From: Tyzzerella sp.
Lineage (GTDB): Bacteria > Bacillota > Clostridia > Lachnospirales > Anaerotignaceae
Assembly (NCBI GenBank): GCA_019415525.1
Contig: DXZA01000081.1
Coordinates: forward strand, 17,882-81,881
Length of the DNA: 64,000 nt
Direction: 5' to 3'
Positions 20,067 to 29,795 of this stretch are shown piece by piece; position 1 is the stretch's first letter, and each line of letters opens with the position of its first letter. The position numbers were made by a program, and so were the translations under genes. A model generated the notes under the pieces. It made no database searches and was not told the origin of the DNA. It was given only the letters and a program-made list of their open reading frames with translations.

Positions 20067-23000
20067 TTATTCCTTTGATACAGGACATTGTTTTCTTATT
20101 TCTTCCCATATATCTTCATCTTTTATATCATTAAGTTTATTATAATTATTTTCAGGCATATTTGAGTCAAAACGACATATAGAATGATAATTACAATATT
20201 TACAAGGTGTCATATCTTTACTCTTATATGGTTTTATATCTATATTACCTCCAAGTATGCTTTCACCTATACTCTTAGCTTTTTCACCAGTAAATCTCAT
20301 AAGACTTAAATAATCATCTTCTGAAGCTACTGATGTTCCACTCTTTTTAAGCTGCCCTTTTGTACCATATGAAACAGGAACAATATCAGATGTTCCACCA
20401 TTTTTAAGGCTTTCATCAAGACCTTCAAATACTGTTTCATTATTAAGTACAAGTCCTGACATTTTAAGTTCTTTCAAAAGTTTATTTTCTATTTCCTCAC
20501 TTGTCATTTCAGAAACAGATTTTGTAATTGGGTCTTGTATTCTAAAATAAAAAACTCCTGCTGGAAGTAAATTATCATTTTCGCCCATATTTTTTATAAG
20601 TGCATCAATATATATCATAAGCTGTAATTGCAAGCCATAATATATATCTTGAATACTAAAAGATTTTGTTCCAGATTTATAATCAATTATTTTTACATAT
20701 CTTTTTCCATCTTTATCAAGAACATCAACTCTATCTATTTTACCATTCATAATTATTTTTTCGCCATTTGAAAGTTCAATTACAATAGGTGGCATAACTC
20801 CATCTATACCAAATTCCATTTCAAATCCATAAGGCTTAAATGTACCACTTTGAACATGACCTGTAAGAGTTTTTGCTGCTCTTTTTGATATTCTTTCAAG
20901 ACGTTTTATAAGATATCTTCGAGAAGCTGTACTTAATAATATTTCATTTCCCAATTTAGGTGCATTTTCTGATACTGCCTCACTTATAAGTTTATCTGTT
21001 TCTCCAACAGTTATATTTTGCCAATTTTTATTATTTTCAGCCATTTTTAAAGAAAAACTTTCAAGTATTTCATGGAAAAGATGACCTAAATCTGGAGTTC
21101 CAAGTTCATATAATTTTCTTTCTTTAGCTGAAAGAACATACTCTATAAAGTATGAATAAGGACAACTTATATATCTTTCAAGCCTTGATATACTTGAATA
21201 AAGCTTACCATTATAAATTCTTTTAACAGTATTATCGCTTAATTTTTCAGATATATTTTTATCATACAATGAATTTATAATAGTATTTACTTCATTAGTC
21301 CATACTTCATTTTCATTGTAATAAGCCATTACATCTTTCCAAATTTCATTATTTTCACCTTCTGTAATCTTTCTTAAGTTTTCACCAAGCTTATGTAATA
21401 CAGGAATAGGAGAAACTATATTTTCAATATTATTTTTATCATATTCAACCACTTCTATATTACTAAATAAGCCTTTTATTTTATTTATTAATGATGAAGG
21501 TCTTAGTGCTTTTCCATCGATGTCACTTTTTCTGTAACTCATATAAATATAATGAGAAGGTTTTGTTATTGATGTATAAATAAGAAATTGTTCTTCAAAA
21601 GCTTTTCTTTTACCATTAGAAGAAAGTTCAACACCTTTTTCGTCTATTATATCTCTTTCTATATCTGTAAATATTCCTTGAGTTTCTGATGGTGAAGGTA
21701 AAACACCTTCGTTAACACCGATTACAAATACAGCTTTTATATTTGGCAATCTTGTTCTTTCAATATCACCAACTATAACACTATCTGCTGTTGGAGGAAC
21801 AATAGCAAATCTCTCTTCTCCAAAACCTGCATCAAGTATTTTTGAAAATTCTGATACATTCATACTTTCATTACCTAAAAATGTAGTCATTCCTTCAAAA
21901 ATATTATTCATTATTTTCCATACTTGTTTATATTCTTCTGACTTTCCTATTTCATTATTTTCTTTAAGAATATTAACTCTATCAGATATAATTGAAGATA
22001 TATTCATATTTTTAAACGTTTTATAAATAGCCTTTATAAATTCATTTATATTATATTTCTTGCTTGTAGATATACTTTCATAAAATGGTTCTATACAATT
22101 TAAAACTTCAGATTTTATACGATTTATATTTTCTTTTTCTTCATTGTCTTCATCTTTTTTAAACCCATATTCCCATATATCATTATGCCATTTATAACCT
22201 TTTATACCATATGCAAGTACATAATTTTCTATTATATCTATATCATCTCTATTTATAGGTACAAGTCCTGTCTTTAAAAATCTGAACATACTTTCATAAG
22301 AAAAATCACGTACAACTATATCAACAATACTTCTTACAAGCTCAATTATAGGCTGTGATATAATTTCATCTTTAATATCTATAAACACAGGTATTTTATA
22401 TTCTGAAAATATTGTTTTTATATGGCTTTCATAATCTCTTATATTTCTCATAAGAATAGCTATTTCATTAAACTTTATATTTTCATCTCTTACCATTTTA
22501 AGTATATTAACAGCACAATTTTCAACTTCATCATATTTATTATCTGCTGAAAATATTTTAATTCCATTATGATTATCTGAAATTTGTGGTGGATAAAAAT
22601 TAAAATATTTCTCTATATGTTTTACACCTTCATTAACTGCTCTTTTATTGTCATAAAATATAATAGGGTCTAAAACTTTTACTCCTCTTTCAGAAACCTT
22701 ATTAATAATCTTTCTACAAGAATTAAGTGGTTCAAAAAAAAGCTTTGCTATATACGGATTTTTATCATAATAAGTATATTTATCCATAGGTAAAGCAATA
22801 TATATATCTTTTGCATATTGAGAAAGCTCACATATTACATTTATTTCTTGTGGTGTAAAACCATAAAATCCATCTATATAAATATATGAATTACTTATTA
22901 GCTTAGAAGATTTTATATCATTTGTAAGTATATCAAGCTTTTCATCTGAAGATATATATTTTTCTTTTATATACTCCTCATATCCTTCTAATATTGTAAT

Positions 23001-23471
23001 AATATCTTTTATTTTCATTCTTATTACAGAATTTTCATCAACACTTTCTTCAAGTTTTAATAATTTTTCTTTATCTATACCATAGTTATAAAACTCTCTA
23101 ATAGTCATTGAAAGTTGTTCCATAAAACCTTTTTTATCAATAGAATTTCTATAATATACAAGACTTTCTTCATTATCAAATATAATTTTTCTAAGAACCA
23201 TTGATTTATTTGTTTCATCAAGAACTTCTCTTATTTTTCCACCTTTTTCAACAGTAATTCTATGAGAAAGGCGACCAAATGTAAGAACTTCTGCTAATAA
23301 TATACCTCCACCATTAGATTTTTCAGAAAGGTCTTTTTCAGCCTGTAAAGAAAACTGTTCTGGTACAATATATATTGCATTTAGTCCCATATCTTGTTTA
23401 TTTAAAATCTCATTTATCATAAAATCTGTTTTGCCAGCTCCTGAACGTCCTATTACAAATCTTAAAGACAT
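20067..23471 (-). CDS. addB: ATP-dependent helicase/nuclease subunit B (AddB/RexB)
   Basis: Walker A GRSGAGKT, nuclease motif IIDYKSG, and Fe-S cysteines (C...CKYCNYHSIC) at the C-terminus. The ATG at 23471 lies behind GGAGGTGA. Confidence 0.9.
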   Translation of the reverse strand: MSLRFVIGRSGAGKTDFMINEILNKQDMGLNAIYIVPEQFSLQAEKDLSEKSNGGGILLAEVLTFGRLSHRITVEKGGKIREVLDETNKSMVLRKIIFDNEESLVYYRNSIDKKGFMEQLSMTIREFYNYGIDKEKLLKLEESVDENSVIRMKIKDIITILEGYEEYIKEKYISSDEKLDILTNDIKSSKLISNSYIYIDGFYGFTPQEINVICELSQYAKDIYIALPMDKYTYYDKNPYIAKLFFEPLNSCRKIINKVSERGVKVLDPIIFYDNKRAVNEGVKHIEKYFNFYPPQISDNHNGIKIFSADNKYDEVENCAVNILKMVRDENIKFNEIAILMRNIRDYESHIKTIFSEYKIPVFIDIKDEIISQPIIELVRSIVDIVVRDFSYESMFRFLKTGLVPINRDDIDIIENYVLAYGIKGYKWHNDIWEYGFKKDEDNEEKENINRIKSEVLNCIEPFYESISTSKKYNINEFIKAIYKTFKNMNISSIISDRVNILKENNEIGKSEEYKQVWKIMNNIFEGMTTFLGNESMNVSEFSKILDAGFGEERFAIVPPTADSVIVGDIERTRLPNIKAVFVIGVNEGVLPSPSETQGIFTDIERDIIDEKGVELSSNGKRKAFEEQFLIYTSITKPSHYIYMSYRKSDIDGKALRPSSLINKIKGLFSNIEVVEYDKNNIENIVSPIPVLHKLGENLRKITEGENNEIWKDVMAYYNENEVWTNEVNTIINSLYDKNISEKLSDNTVKRIYNGKLYSSISRLERYISCPYSYFIEYVLSAKERKLYELGTPDLGHLFHEILESFSLKMAENNKNWQNITVGETDKLISEAVSENAPKLGNEILLSTASRRYLIKRLERISKRAAKTLTGHVQSGTFKPYGFEMEFGIDGVMPPIVIELSNGEKIIMNGKIDRVDVLDKDGKRYVKIIDYKSGTKSFSIQDIYYGLQLQLMIYIDALIKNMGENDNLLPAGVFYFRIQDPITKSVSEMTSEEIENKLLKELKMSGLVLNNETVFEGLDESLKNGGTSDIVPVSYGTKGQLKKSGTSVASEDDYLSLMRFTGEKAKSIGESILGGNIDIKPYKSKDMTPCKYCNYHSICRFDSNMPENNYNKLNDIKDEDIWEEIRKQCPVSKE

Positions 23472-23582
23472 AAAATTCACCTCCAAAATATTTTTTAACT
23501 AATATTTATTATACATTAATCATAAAATAAGGTACAGAAAAATAGAATATATTAACTATGGTAATTAAGGAGGGGCTTTTTT

Positions 23583-23999
23583 ATGGCAAAAACACGCTTT
23601 ATGGTTATAAAATTTAAAGAACTTATAAAGACAGCAATTTTTGCAATACTTGGTACAATACTTATTATAGCTATAATATATTTTCTGATACCACATAACG
23701 AAAATACATCAACATATGTACCTGGTGTATATACTTCAAGTATTGATGTAAATAATGAAAATCTAAATATTGAACTTACTGTTGATGAAACAGAAATAAA
23801 ATCCGTAAAGCTCATACATACTGCTGAAACAATACCTGTTTTTTATCCACTTTTTGAATCAACAGCAGAATATATAGGAGATGAGGTTGTAAAACTCCAA
23901 GATATATCAAAAGTAACTGTACCAAAAGAAGCTGAAATAACAGGTAATCTTATTATTGATGCAATAGAAAAAACATTGGCACAAGCTAAAAATAATTAG
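23583..23999 (+). CDS. small membrane-anchored protein of unknown function (possibly a degenerate FMN_bind-like domain)
   Basis: AAGGAGGGG lies 7 nt upstream of the ATG. One N-terminal TM helix, followed by a terminator. No diagnostic motif recognised. Confidence 0.6.
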   Translation: MAKTRFMVIKFKELIKTAIFAILGTILIIAIIYFLIPHNENTSTYVPGVYTSSIDVNNENLNIELTVDETEIKSVKLIHTAETIPVFYPLFESTAEYIGDEVVKLQDISKVTVPKEAEITGNLIIDAIEKTLAQAKNN

Positions 24000-24011
24000 T
24001 ATTCTCCTCTT

Positions 24012-24051
24012 AAAACAAAAAGCCTTTGAAAAATCAAAGGCTTTTTGTTTT
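24012..24051. terminator. bidirectional intrinsic terminator
   Basis: AAAACAAAAAGCCTTTGA-aaaa-TCAAAGGCTTTTTGTTTT, a perfect 18-bp inverted repeat between convergent genes. Confidence 0.85.
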
Positions 24052-24057
24052 ATACTA

Positions 24058-24318
24058 TTAAAATTCATTCCAATATTTAGCTATATTATTTTCACTTATG
24101 GCATCTATATATGAATCAGCAACTTCAAATATTTCTTCTTCGTCTTTAATTCCTATACAAAATTTGCCTTTTGACTCCATAATCTGCTTTTTAACTTTTG
24201 TAGTTTTCATCCATTCTCTAAATTGTTTTTCCCACTCACAAGCTTTTTCTTCCATTCCTTCAAAGCAGAGAAGTTCATCTTTTACTTGTAATATAAACTC
24301 TTCAACTTCAATTCTCAT
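24058..24318 (-). CDS. hypothetical acidic 86-aa protein
   Basis: ORF 36 nt downstream of ruvB on the same strand and ending at the terminator. No recognisable motif. Confidence 0.5.
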   Translation of the reverse strand: MRIEVEEFILQVKDELLCFEGMEEKACEWEKQFREWMKTTKVKKQIMESKGKFCIGIKDEEEIFEVADSYIDAISENNIAKYWNEF

Positions 24319-24354
24319 AACTCTAACTACTCCTCTAAACCCTAATTAATTTTA

Positions 24355-25362
24355 TTACTTTAAATAACTAAGACCAAAATGATTATATCCACTTTCAGTT
24401 ACGATACGTCCTCTTGGTGTTCTTTGAATATATCCAAGTTGTATAAGATATGGTTCATATACATCTTCTATTGTTTCGGACTCCTCACTTATGGAAACCG
24501 CAAGAGTATCAACTCCTACTGGTCCTCCTCCAAATTTTTCTATCATTGCAAGAAGCATTTTTCTATCTACATTATCAAGACCCATTTTATCAACCTCTAA
24601 AAGGTCAAGGGCATATTTTGATACTTCTTCTGTAATACTTCCGTCATACTTCACCTGAGCAAAATCACGAACTCTTTTTAACAATCTATTTGCAATTCTT
24701 GGTGTACCTCTTGAACGACGTGCTATTTCTTCAGCACCTGCATCATCAATAGGTATATCTAAAACACCAGAAGAACGTTTTATAATTGTTTTAAGTTGTG
24801 ATATATTATAAGGTTCAAGTCTATGTATAACACCAAAACGGTCTCTCAAAGGTGCTGTAAGAAGACCTATTCTTGTTGTTGCACCAATAAGTGTAAATTT
24901 GGGAAGGTCAAGTCTAACACTTCTTGCACCTGCACCCTTTCCTATAACAATATCAATAACAAAATCCTCCATTGCAGGATAAAGTATTTCTTCTATCATT
25001 CTATTAAGCCTATGTATTTCATCTATAAAAAGTATGTCACCTTCACCAAGGCTATTAAGTATTGCAGCCATATCCCCTGGACGTTCTATTGCTGGGCCTG
25101 ATGTTGTTTTTATATTTACTCCCATTTCATTTGCAATAATATTTGAAAGAGTTGTTTTTCCAAGCCCCGGTGGACCATAAAGAAGAACATGGTCTAAAGG
25201 TTCTCCTCTACCTTTTGCAGCCTCAATAAAAACTTTCATATTACTTTTTACATTTTCCTGACCTATATATGAATCAAGACTTTGGGGACGAAGTTTAGGC
25301 TCATTTTCAACATCTTCATCTCTAAATCCTGCAGTAATAATTCTATCCTCTATTATTATCAC
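24355..25362 (-). CDS. ruvB: Holliday junction branch migration helicase RuvB
   Basis: AAA+ Walker [10 protein letters not shown] and Walker [10 protein letters not shown]. Typical length. Confidence 0.97.
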   Translation of the reverse strand: MIIIEDRIITAGFRDEDVENEPKLRPQSLDSYIGQENVKSNMKVFIEAAKGRGEPLDHVLLYGPPGLGKTTLSNIIANEMGVNIKTTSGPAIERPGDMAAILNSLGEGDILFIDEIHRLNRMIEEILYPAMEDFVIDIVIGKGAGARSVRLDLPKFTLIGATTRIGLLTAPLRDRFGVIHRLEPYNISQLKTIIKRSSGVLDIPIDDAGAEEIARRSRGTPRIANRLLKRVRDFAQVKYDGSITEEVSKYALDLLEVDKMGLDNVDRKMLLAMIEKFGGGPVGVDTLAVSISEESETIEDVYEPYLIQLGYIQRTPRGRIVTESGYNHFGLSYLK

Positions 25363-25373
25363 CTGTTTCCAAA

Positions 25374-25985
25374 TTAAAATTTAACTAATTTTTTAAGTGC
25401 AAGTTTTAGTATATCCTCTGTTGTTAGTCCATCACATTCAATAGAAGAAACTGCTTTTCCTGCTTCGCTTCTGCTATATCCTAAAGAAGCCAAAGCTTCT
25501 ATGGCTTCAAATTTATAATCCTGTGAAACAACAGAAGAAAGACCTTTGCTTTCACCAAATATTTTTTCTTCTATAAAATTCTCTGTATTAAACTTATCCT
25601 TAAGTTCAAGTATTATTCTTTGTGCTGTTTTTTTGCCTACTCCTGGAGCTTTTGAAACAGCATTAACATCTTCTGATATTACAGCCATTACAAAATCAGC
25701 AGGACTCATTGTTGATATAATACCTAAAGCACCTTTAGGCCCTATTCCAGAAACTGTTATAAGTTTATTAAATATTTCAAGCTCTTCAAAACTTTCAAAT
25801 CCATAAAGTGATATATCATCTTCTTTTACACTCATATATGTGAATACTTTTATTATTTCTCCTATACCTTTAGAATTTGACATAAGTTTTGGTGAAACAT
25901 ATATTTTATATCCAATTCCATTATTATCAACAATAATAAAACCTTCAGATACATATTCAAGTTTTCCTTTAATATAAGAAATCAT
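25374..25985 (-). CDS. ruvA: Holliday junction DNA-binding protein RuvA
   Basis: [10 protein letters not shown]-terminus and HhH motifs ([14 protein letters not shown]). Confidence 0.95.
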   Translation of the reverse strand: MISYIKGKLEYVSEGFIIVDNNGIGYKIYVSPKLMSNSKGIGEIIKVFTYMSVKEDDISLYGFESFEELEIFNKLITVSGIGPKGALGIISTMSPADFVMAVISEDVNAVSKAPGVGKKTAQRIILELKDKFNTENFIEEKIFGESKGLSSVVSQDYKFEAIEALASLGYSRSEAGKAVSSIECDGLTTEDILKLALKKLVKF

Positions 25986-26070
25986 TTTTAGTCCTTTCTA
26001 TATTTTCTACCAACACACTCTGTTATAATTATACTAGATAATTAAAAAAATAACAATATATTATATAAGC

Positions 26071-26102
26071 AAAAAAGCTGTCTTATGTAAAGACAGCTTT
26101 TT
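26071..26102 (-). terminator. intrinsic terminator after the SASP gene
   Basis: AAGCTGTCTT/AAGACAGCTT stem followed by a U-run on the minus strand. Confidence 0.8.
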
Positions 26103-26122
26103 CATTAAATGTTTATTAGTAA

Positions 26123-26347
26123 TTATTTTGTACCTTTTTCTGCCATTGATTTTTCCTGTGCTTCAATCATTTTTTTAACCATATATCCGCCTACATAACC
26201 ATTCTGTGCAGATGTGAGGTCTCCGTTATATCCCTGTTTTAAAGGTACACCTATTTCATTTGCAACTTCGTATTTGAATTTTTCAAGAGCAGCTCTTGCC
26301 TCTGGTACATTCACTTTGTTTGATGTTGAACTAGAATTGTTTGACAT
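26123..26347 (-). CDS. small acid-soluble spore protein, alpha/beta type
   Basis: 74 aa with KFKYEVANEIGV and GGYMVKKMIE signature blocks. Confidence 0.92.
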   Translation of the reverse strand: MSNNSSSTSNKVNVPEARAALEKFKYEVANEIGVPLKQGYNGDLTSAQNGYVGGYMVKKMIEAQEKSMAEKGTK

Positions 26348-26390
26348 AATAAATTCCTCCTAAAAATTAAATACTTTTGTGTTACAATAG

Positions 26391-26419
26391 TATTATGCCT
26401 TAAATAAAATCATATATTC
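26391..26419 (-). promoter_or_regulatory. forespore (sigma-G/sigma-F type) promoter of the SASP gene
   Basis: GAATA, 17 nt, CATAATA on the minus strand, matching the remembered sigma-G consensus GHATR-N17/18-CATNNTA. Confidence 0.6.
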
Positions 26420-26511
26420 TAAGTATTTTTTTCCTTTTTTTCTACTAAATAGTAATGAAAAATACTAAATATTGTCAAAAATATAACTTTTAAAAAATAT
26501 ATAATAAAAAT

Positions 26512-26539
26512 AAAAACTGTCTTTATAAAGACAGTTTTT
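26512..26539 (-). terminator. intrinsic terminator after proA
   Basis: AAAAACTGTCTTTA/TAAAGACAGTTTTT hairpin with a U-run. Confidence 0.8.
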
Positions 26540-26546
26540 ATTTTTA

Positions 26547-28355
26547 TTAATCTCTTATTTGACCATTTCCATATATAATATATTTTGTTGTTGTAAGTTC
26601 TTTAAGCCCCATTGGACCTCTTGCATGAAGTTTTTGTGTACTTATACCTATTTCTGCACCAAATCCAAACTGTCCACCATCTGTAAATCTTGTAGAAGCA
26701 TTTACATACACAGCTGCTGCATCAACTTCATTAAGGAATTTCTGTGCATTTGAATAATTTTCTGTAATTATTGCTTCTGAATGATGTGTTGTATATTTTC
26801 TTATATGTTCTATAGCCTCATCAACATTTTTTACAATTTTTAATGACATAATAAGGTCTTCATATTCTGTTGCCCAGTCTTCATCAGTAGCTTCATTAAT
26901 TCCTTCTGCAATTTCTCTTGTTTTTATATCTCCTCTTAATTCAACATTTTTTTCTTTAAGAGCCTCACAAACTTTAGGCATAAATTCTTTTGCTATATTT
27001 TCATGAACAAGAAGTTTTTCTGCTGCATTACATACTCCTGGACGTTGTGTTTTTGCATTAAGAACTATTTTTACAGCATCATCTTGTTTTGCTGTTTCGT
27101 CAACAAAAATATGACAATTTCCTACACCAGTCTGTATTACAGGTACTGTTGAATTTTGTATAACAGAATTTATAAGCCCTGCTCCACCACGAGGTATAAG
27201 CACGTCTATATAATCATTAAGACGCATCATTTCTTTTGCTGTTTCTCTGCTTGTATCTTCAAGAATTTGTACAGCATACTCTGAAATACCCTGTGATTTT
27301 AAAGCTCTCTGTATTGATTTTACAATAGCTGTATTTGAACCAATAGCTTCTTTTCCACCTCTTAAAATAGTAGCACTACCTGCTTTTAAACAAAGTCCAA
27401 AAGCATCTGCTGTTACATTTGGTCTTGCTTCAAATATTATACCAATAACACCCATAGGAACTCTTTTCTGTCCAATTATAAGACCATTATCAAGAGTTTT
27501 CATAGATATTACTTCACCAACTGGGTCAGGTAAAGAAGCAACATCTCTAAGACCATCAGCCATACCTTTTATTCTGTCTTCTGTAAGAGTAAGTCTATCA
27601 ATAAAAGCACCTTTTATTCCGTTTTCTATAGCTTTTTTAACATCTTCTTTATTTATTTCTATAATTTTTGCCATATCCTCAATAAGAGCATCAGCTGCTG
27701 CATGTAAAGCTCTGTTTTTTTCTCCTGTTGAAAGTCTGGCAAGTTCAACAGAAGCATCTTTTGCTTTCATACCCATTTCAATAATATTACTCATTTTTTC
27801 CCCACCTATCATTCTTTTTTCTGTTAATACATATTTCATTTTCTTATCATGTGGCTCTGTATTAATTTTTTCTACAACTTGAAAATCATAGCATACACCT
27901 ATTGTATTTTTTACATTATATTTTTCTAAATATGTATCATAATATCCTCCACCATAGCCCCATCTATTACAGCTTTCATCAAAGACAGAACCAGGAACTA
28001 TAAAAAGTGTATCTTCATCAGGTACAATCTCAAATGACCTATCTAAATTAGGCTCAAGTGTGCCTATTTTTTTTCTTACCATATTTGAAAAATCTTTTAT
28101 TTCTACAAAATACATATCTCTGTTACTAAGACTTATAGGAACAGCAACTTTTTTTCCATCACACCATGCTTTTTCAATTATATTTGTAGTAATTACCTCA
28201 TTGCCAAAATTTATATATAAAAATAGCATTTTAGCATTTTTATATTCTTTAGAATTAAAAATATTATTAGAAATTATATTACTTTTTTCTTCTATATCAC
28301 TTTGTAACATATGTTTTCTTTTTTCAAGCATATCACTTCGTAATTCTTTATACAT
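26547..28355 (-). CDS. proA: single ORF fusing 5-formyltetrahydrofolate cyclo-ligase (aa 1-187) to gamma-glutamyl phosphate reductase ProA (aa 188-602)
   Basis: The N-terminal part has MTHFS-family features (VAVP..., GYGGGYYD). The C-terminal part is full-length ProA, starting [15 protein letters not shown]. An internal ATG at 27794 is preceded by AGGTGGGGA. Confidence 0.85.
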   Translation of the reverse strand: MYKELRSDMLEKRKHMLQSDIEEKSNIISNNIFNSKEYKNAKMLFLYINFGNEVITTNIIEKAWCDGKKVAVPISLSNRDMYFVEIKDFSNMVRKKIGTLEPNLDRSFEIVPDEDTLFIVPGSVFDESCNRWGYGGGYYDTYLEKYNVKNTIGVCYDFQVVEKINTEPHDKKMKYVLTEKRMIGGEKMSNIIEMGMKAKDASVELARLSTGEKNRALHAAADALIEDMAKIIEINKEDVKKAIENGIKGAFIDRLTLTEDRIKGMADGLRDVASLPDPVGEVISMKTLDNGLIIGQKRVPMGVIGIIFEARPNVTADAFGLCLKAGSATILRGGKEAIGSNTAIVKSIQRALKSQGISEYAVQILEDTSRETAKEMMRLNDYIDVLIPRGGAGLINSVIQNSTVPVIQTGVGNCHIFVDETAKQDDAVKIVLNAKTQRPGVCNAAEKLLVHENIAKEFMPKVCEALKEKNVELRGDIKTREIAEGINEATDEDWATEYEDLIMSLKIVKNVDEAIEHIRKYTTHHSEAIITENYSNAQKFLNEVDAAAVYVNASTRFTDGGQFGFGAEIGISTQKLHARGPMGLKELTTTKYIIYGNGQIRD

Positions 28356-28358
28356 ATT

Positions 28359-28994
28359 TTACCACCCTCTTATAAAAGAAACAATTATAATAATAAATAT
28401 ACTGCATAAAGTAGAAAGAGTAAATATAAACTTATTATCTTTATTAGAAAACAAAATTTTAAATACAAGTGTACATATTCCAAAATAATATATAAATATA
28501 CCAAAACATATTAATAAAGAATATAAAAAATAAAGTTTTGTAAATATATTAAAATAAATAATTAAACCTATTATAATACACAAAATAGGAATAATAAACG
28601 TATGATAAACTTTTTTAAATATAAAAATATCATTATTACCTTTTACTGAAAAATTGCATACAAGTACAATAAATGGTAAAATTACAAAACCACATAATGA
28701 ACCTGTAAATATTCTAAGCAAATTATTTGACTCCCAAAATCCTATATAGCTTCCTACACCGTCTATCATAAGTGGAAAAACACATAAAACCATAAATGCT
28801 GTCTGTAATAAATTAAATGGTTTATTGCCTTTATAACATTTAGTTATAAATAAATATAGGGCAGAAATTGCAAACCCTATATATATACCTGTACATCTGG
28901 CACATACCGGCAAGTAATTTCCACCCATACATATACTTCTTTCACTCATTTGATGACAAACTGTGCTACCTATATTAAAAATTATACTATTCAA
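28359..28994 (-). CDS. DUF2085-family integral membrane protein
   Basis: N-terminal CHQMSERS...PVCARCTGIY motif followed by multiple TM helices. Confidence 0.7.
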   Translation of the reverse strand: MNSIIFNIGSTVCHQMSERSICMGGNYLPVCARCTGIYIGFAISALYLFITKCYKGNKPFNLLQTAFMVLCVFPLMIDGVGSYIGFWESNNLLRIFTGSLCGFVILPFIVLVCNFSVKGNNDIFIFKKVYHTFIIPILCIIIGLIIYFNIFTKLYFLYSLLICFGIFIYYFGICTLVFKILFSNKDNKFIFTLSTLCSIFIIIIVSFIRGW

Positions 28995-29386
28995 TATATT
29001 AAAAAATATCTAAATGTATCAAGAAGTCCTCCAAGACAGCAGCAGAGGAATGATATTGCAAGAAGAACTATACCAAGTATCACAAGTATTTTTCCAAAAG
29101 AACGATAATCTTCATAAGGCTTACTCATAAGAACTATACCTGAAACAATACCTATAATAGGTCCTATTCCACCAACTAGAATAGTTACTGCAACAAGAAA
29201 AACTTTTACAAAGTTTCCAAGTTGTAATTCTTCATTTGAATTTTTATTTTCATTAATATTAATTTTTTCTTCTTTAACTGTTTCTTCTGTATATTCACCA
29301 TCAATAATATTATCATTTACATATCCGCATTTAGGACAAACACTATCTGTATCTTCCATAAAAATGCCGCATTTAGGACAGTACAT
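28991..29386 (-). CDS. zinc-ribbon membrane protein (paralog B)
   Basis: MYCPKCG...CPKCG zinc ribbon followed by two TM helices and a Cys-rich tail. The ATG at 29386 lies behind AGGAGGG. Confidence 0.7.
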   Translation of the reverse strand: MYCPKCGIFMEDTDSVCPKCGYVNDNIIDGEYTEETVKEEKININENKNSNEELQLGNFVKVFLVAVTILVGGIGPIIGIVSGIVLMSKPYEDYRSFGKILVILGIVLLAISFLCCCLGGLLDTFRYFLIY

Positions 29387-29396
29387 AAAATCCCTC

Positions 29397-29774
29397 CTAT
29401 ATAAAGTTATCAAAATTGTAGTGATAGTTATGAGGTAAGCTTTCAATGGAATGGAATATTTTAGAATTTAAAAATAAACTTCCAACACAACATAAAACAC
29501 CTAATAAAATTATTATAAGTCCAAGTATAAGAAGTGCTTTTCCAAATGATTTTGTATCTTCATTATCACTACCCATAAATATAATTCCGGCTATAATACC
29601 TCCAGCCATTCCAAAAAAAGGAATAATGCATACAGCAACAACAATTAAAACTTTTACTATGTTATTAAGAGTTGCCTCTGTGGAAAATTCAGATGATTTA
29701 TTTGCTTTATTTCCGCATTTAGGACAGAAATGAAAAGAATCATCAAATTCTTGTTTACATTTCTTACAAATCAT
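29397..29774 (-). CDS. zinc-ribbon membrane protein (paralog A)
   Basis: MICKKCK...CPKCG zinc ribbon. The C-terminal TM region aligns with the neighbouring paralog (SFGKALLILGLIIILLGVLCC vs SFGKILVILGIVLLAISFLCC). Confidence 0.7.
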   Translation of the reverse strand: MICKKCKQEFDDSFHFCPKCGNKANKSSEFSTEATLNNIVKVLIVVAVCIIPFFGMAGGIIAGIIFMGSDNEDTKSFGKALLILGLIIILLGVLCCVGSLFLNSKIFHSIESLPHNYHYNFDNFI

Positions 29775-29795
29775 ATAAACCTCCTATAATAATTA

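Noticed and set aside
23552-23815. 87-aa minus-strand ORF overlapping the 138-aa plus-strand gene.
   Set aside because: The plus-strand ORF has a strong AAGGAGGGG RBS, a clean TM helix and a terminator. The minus-strand ORF has none of these.
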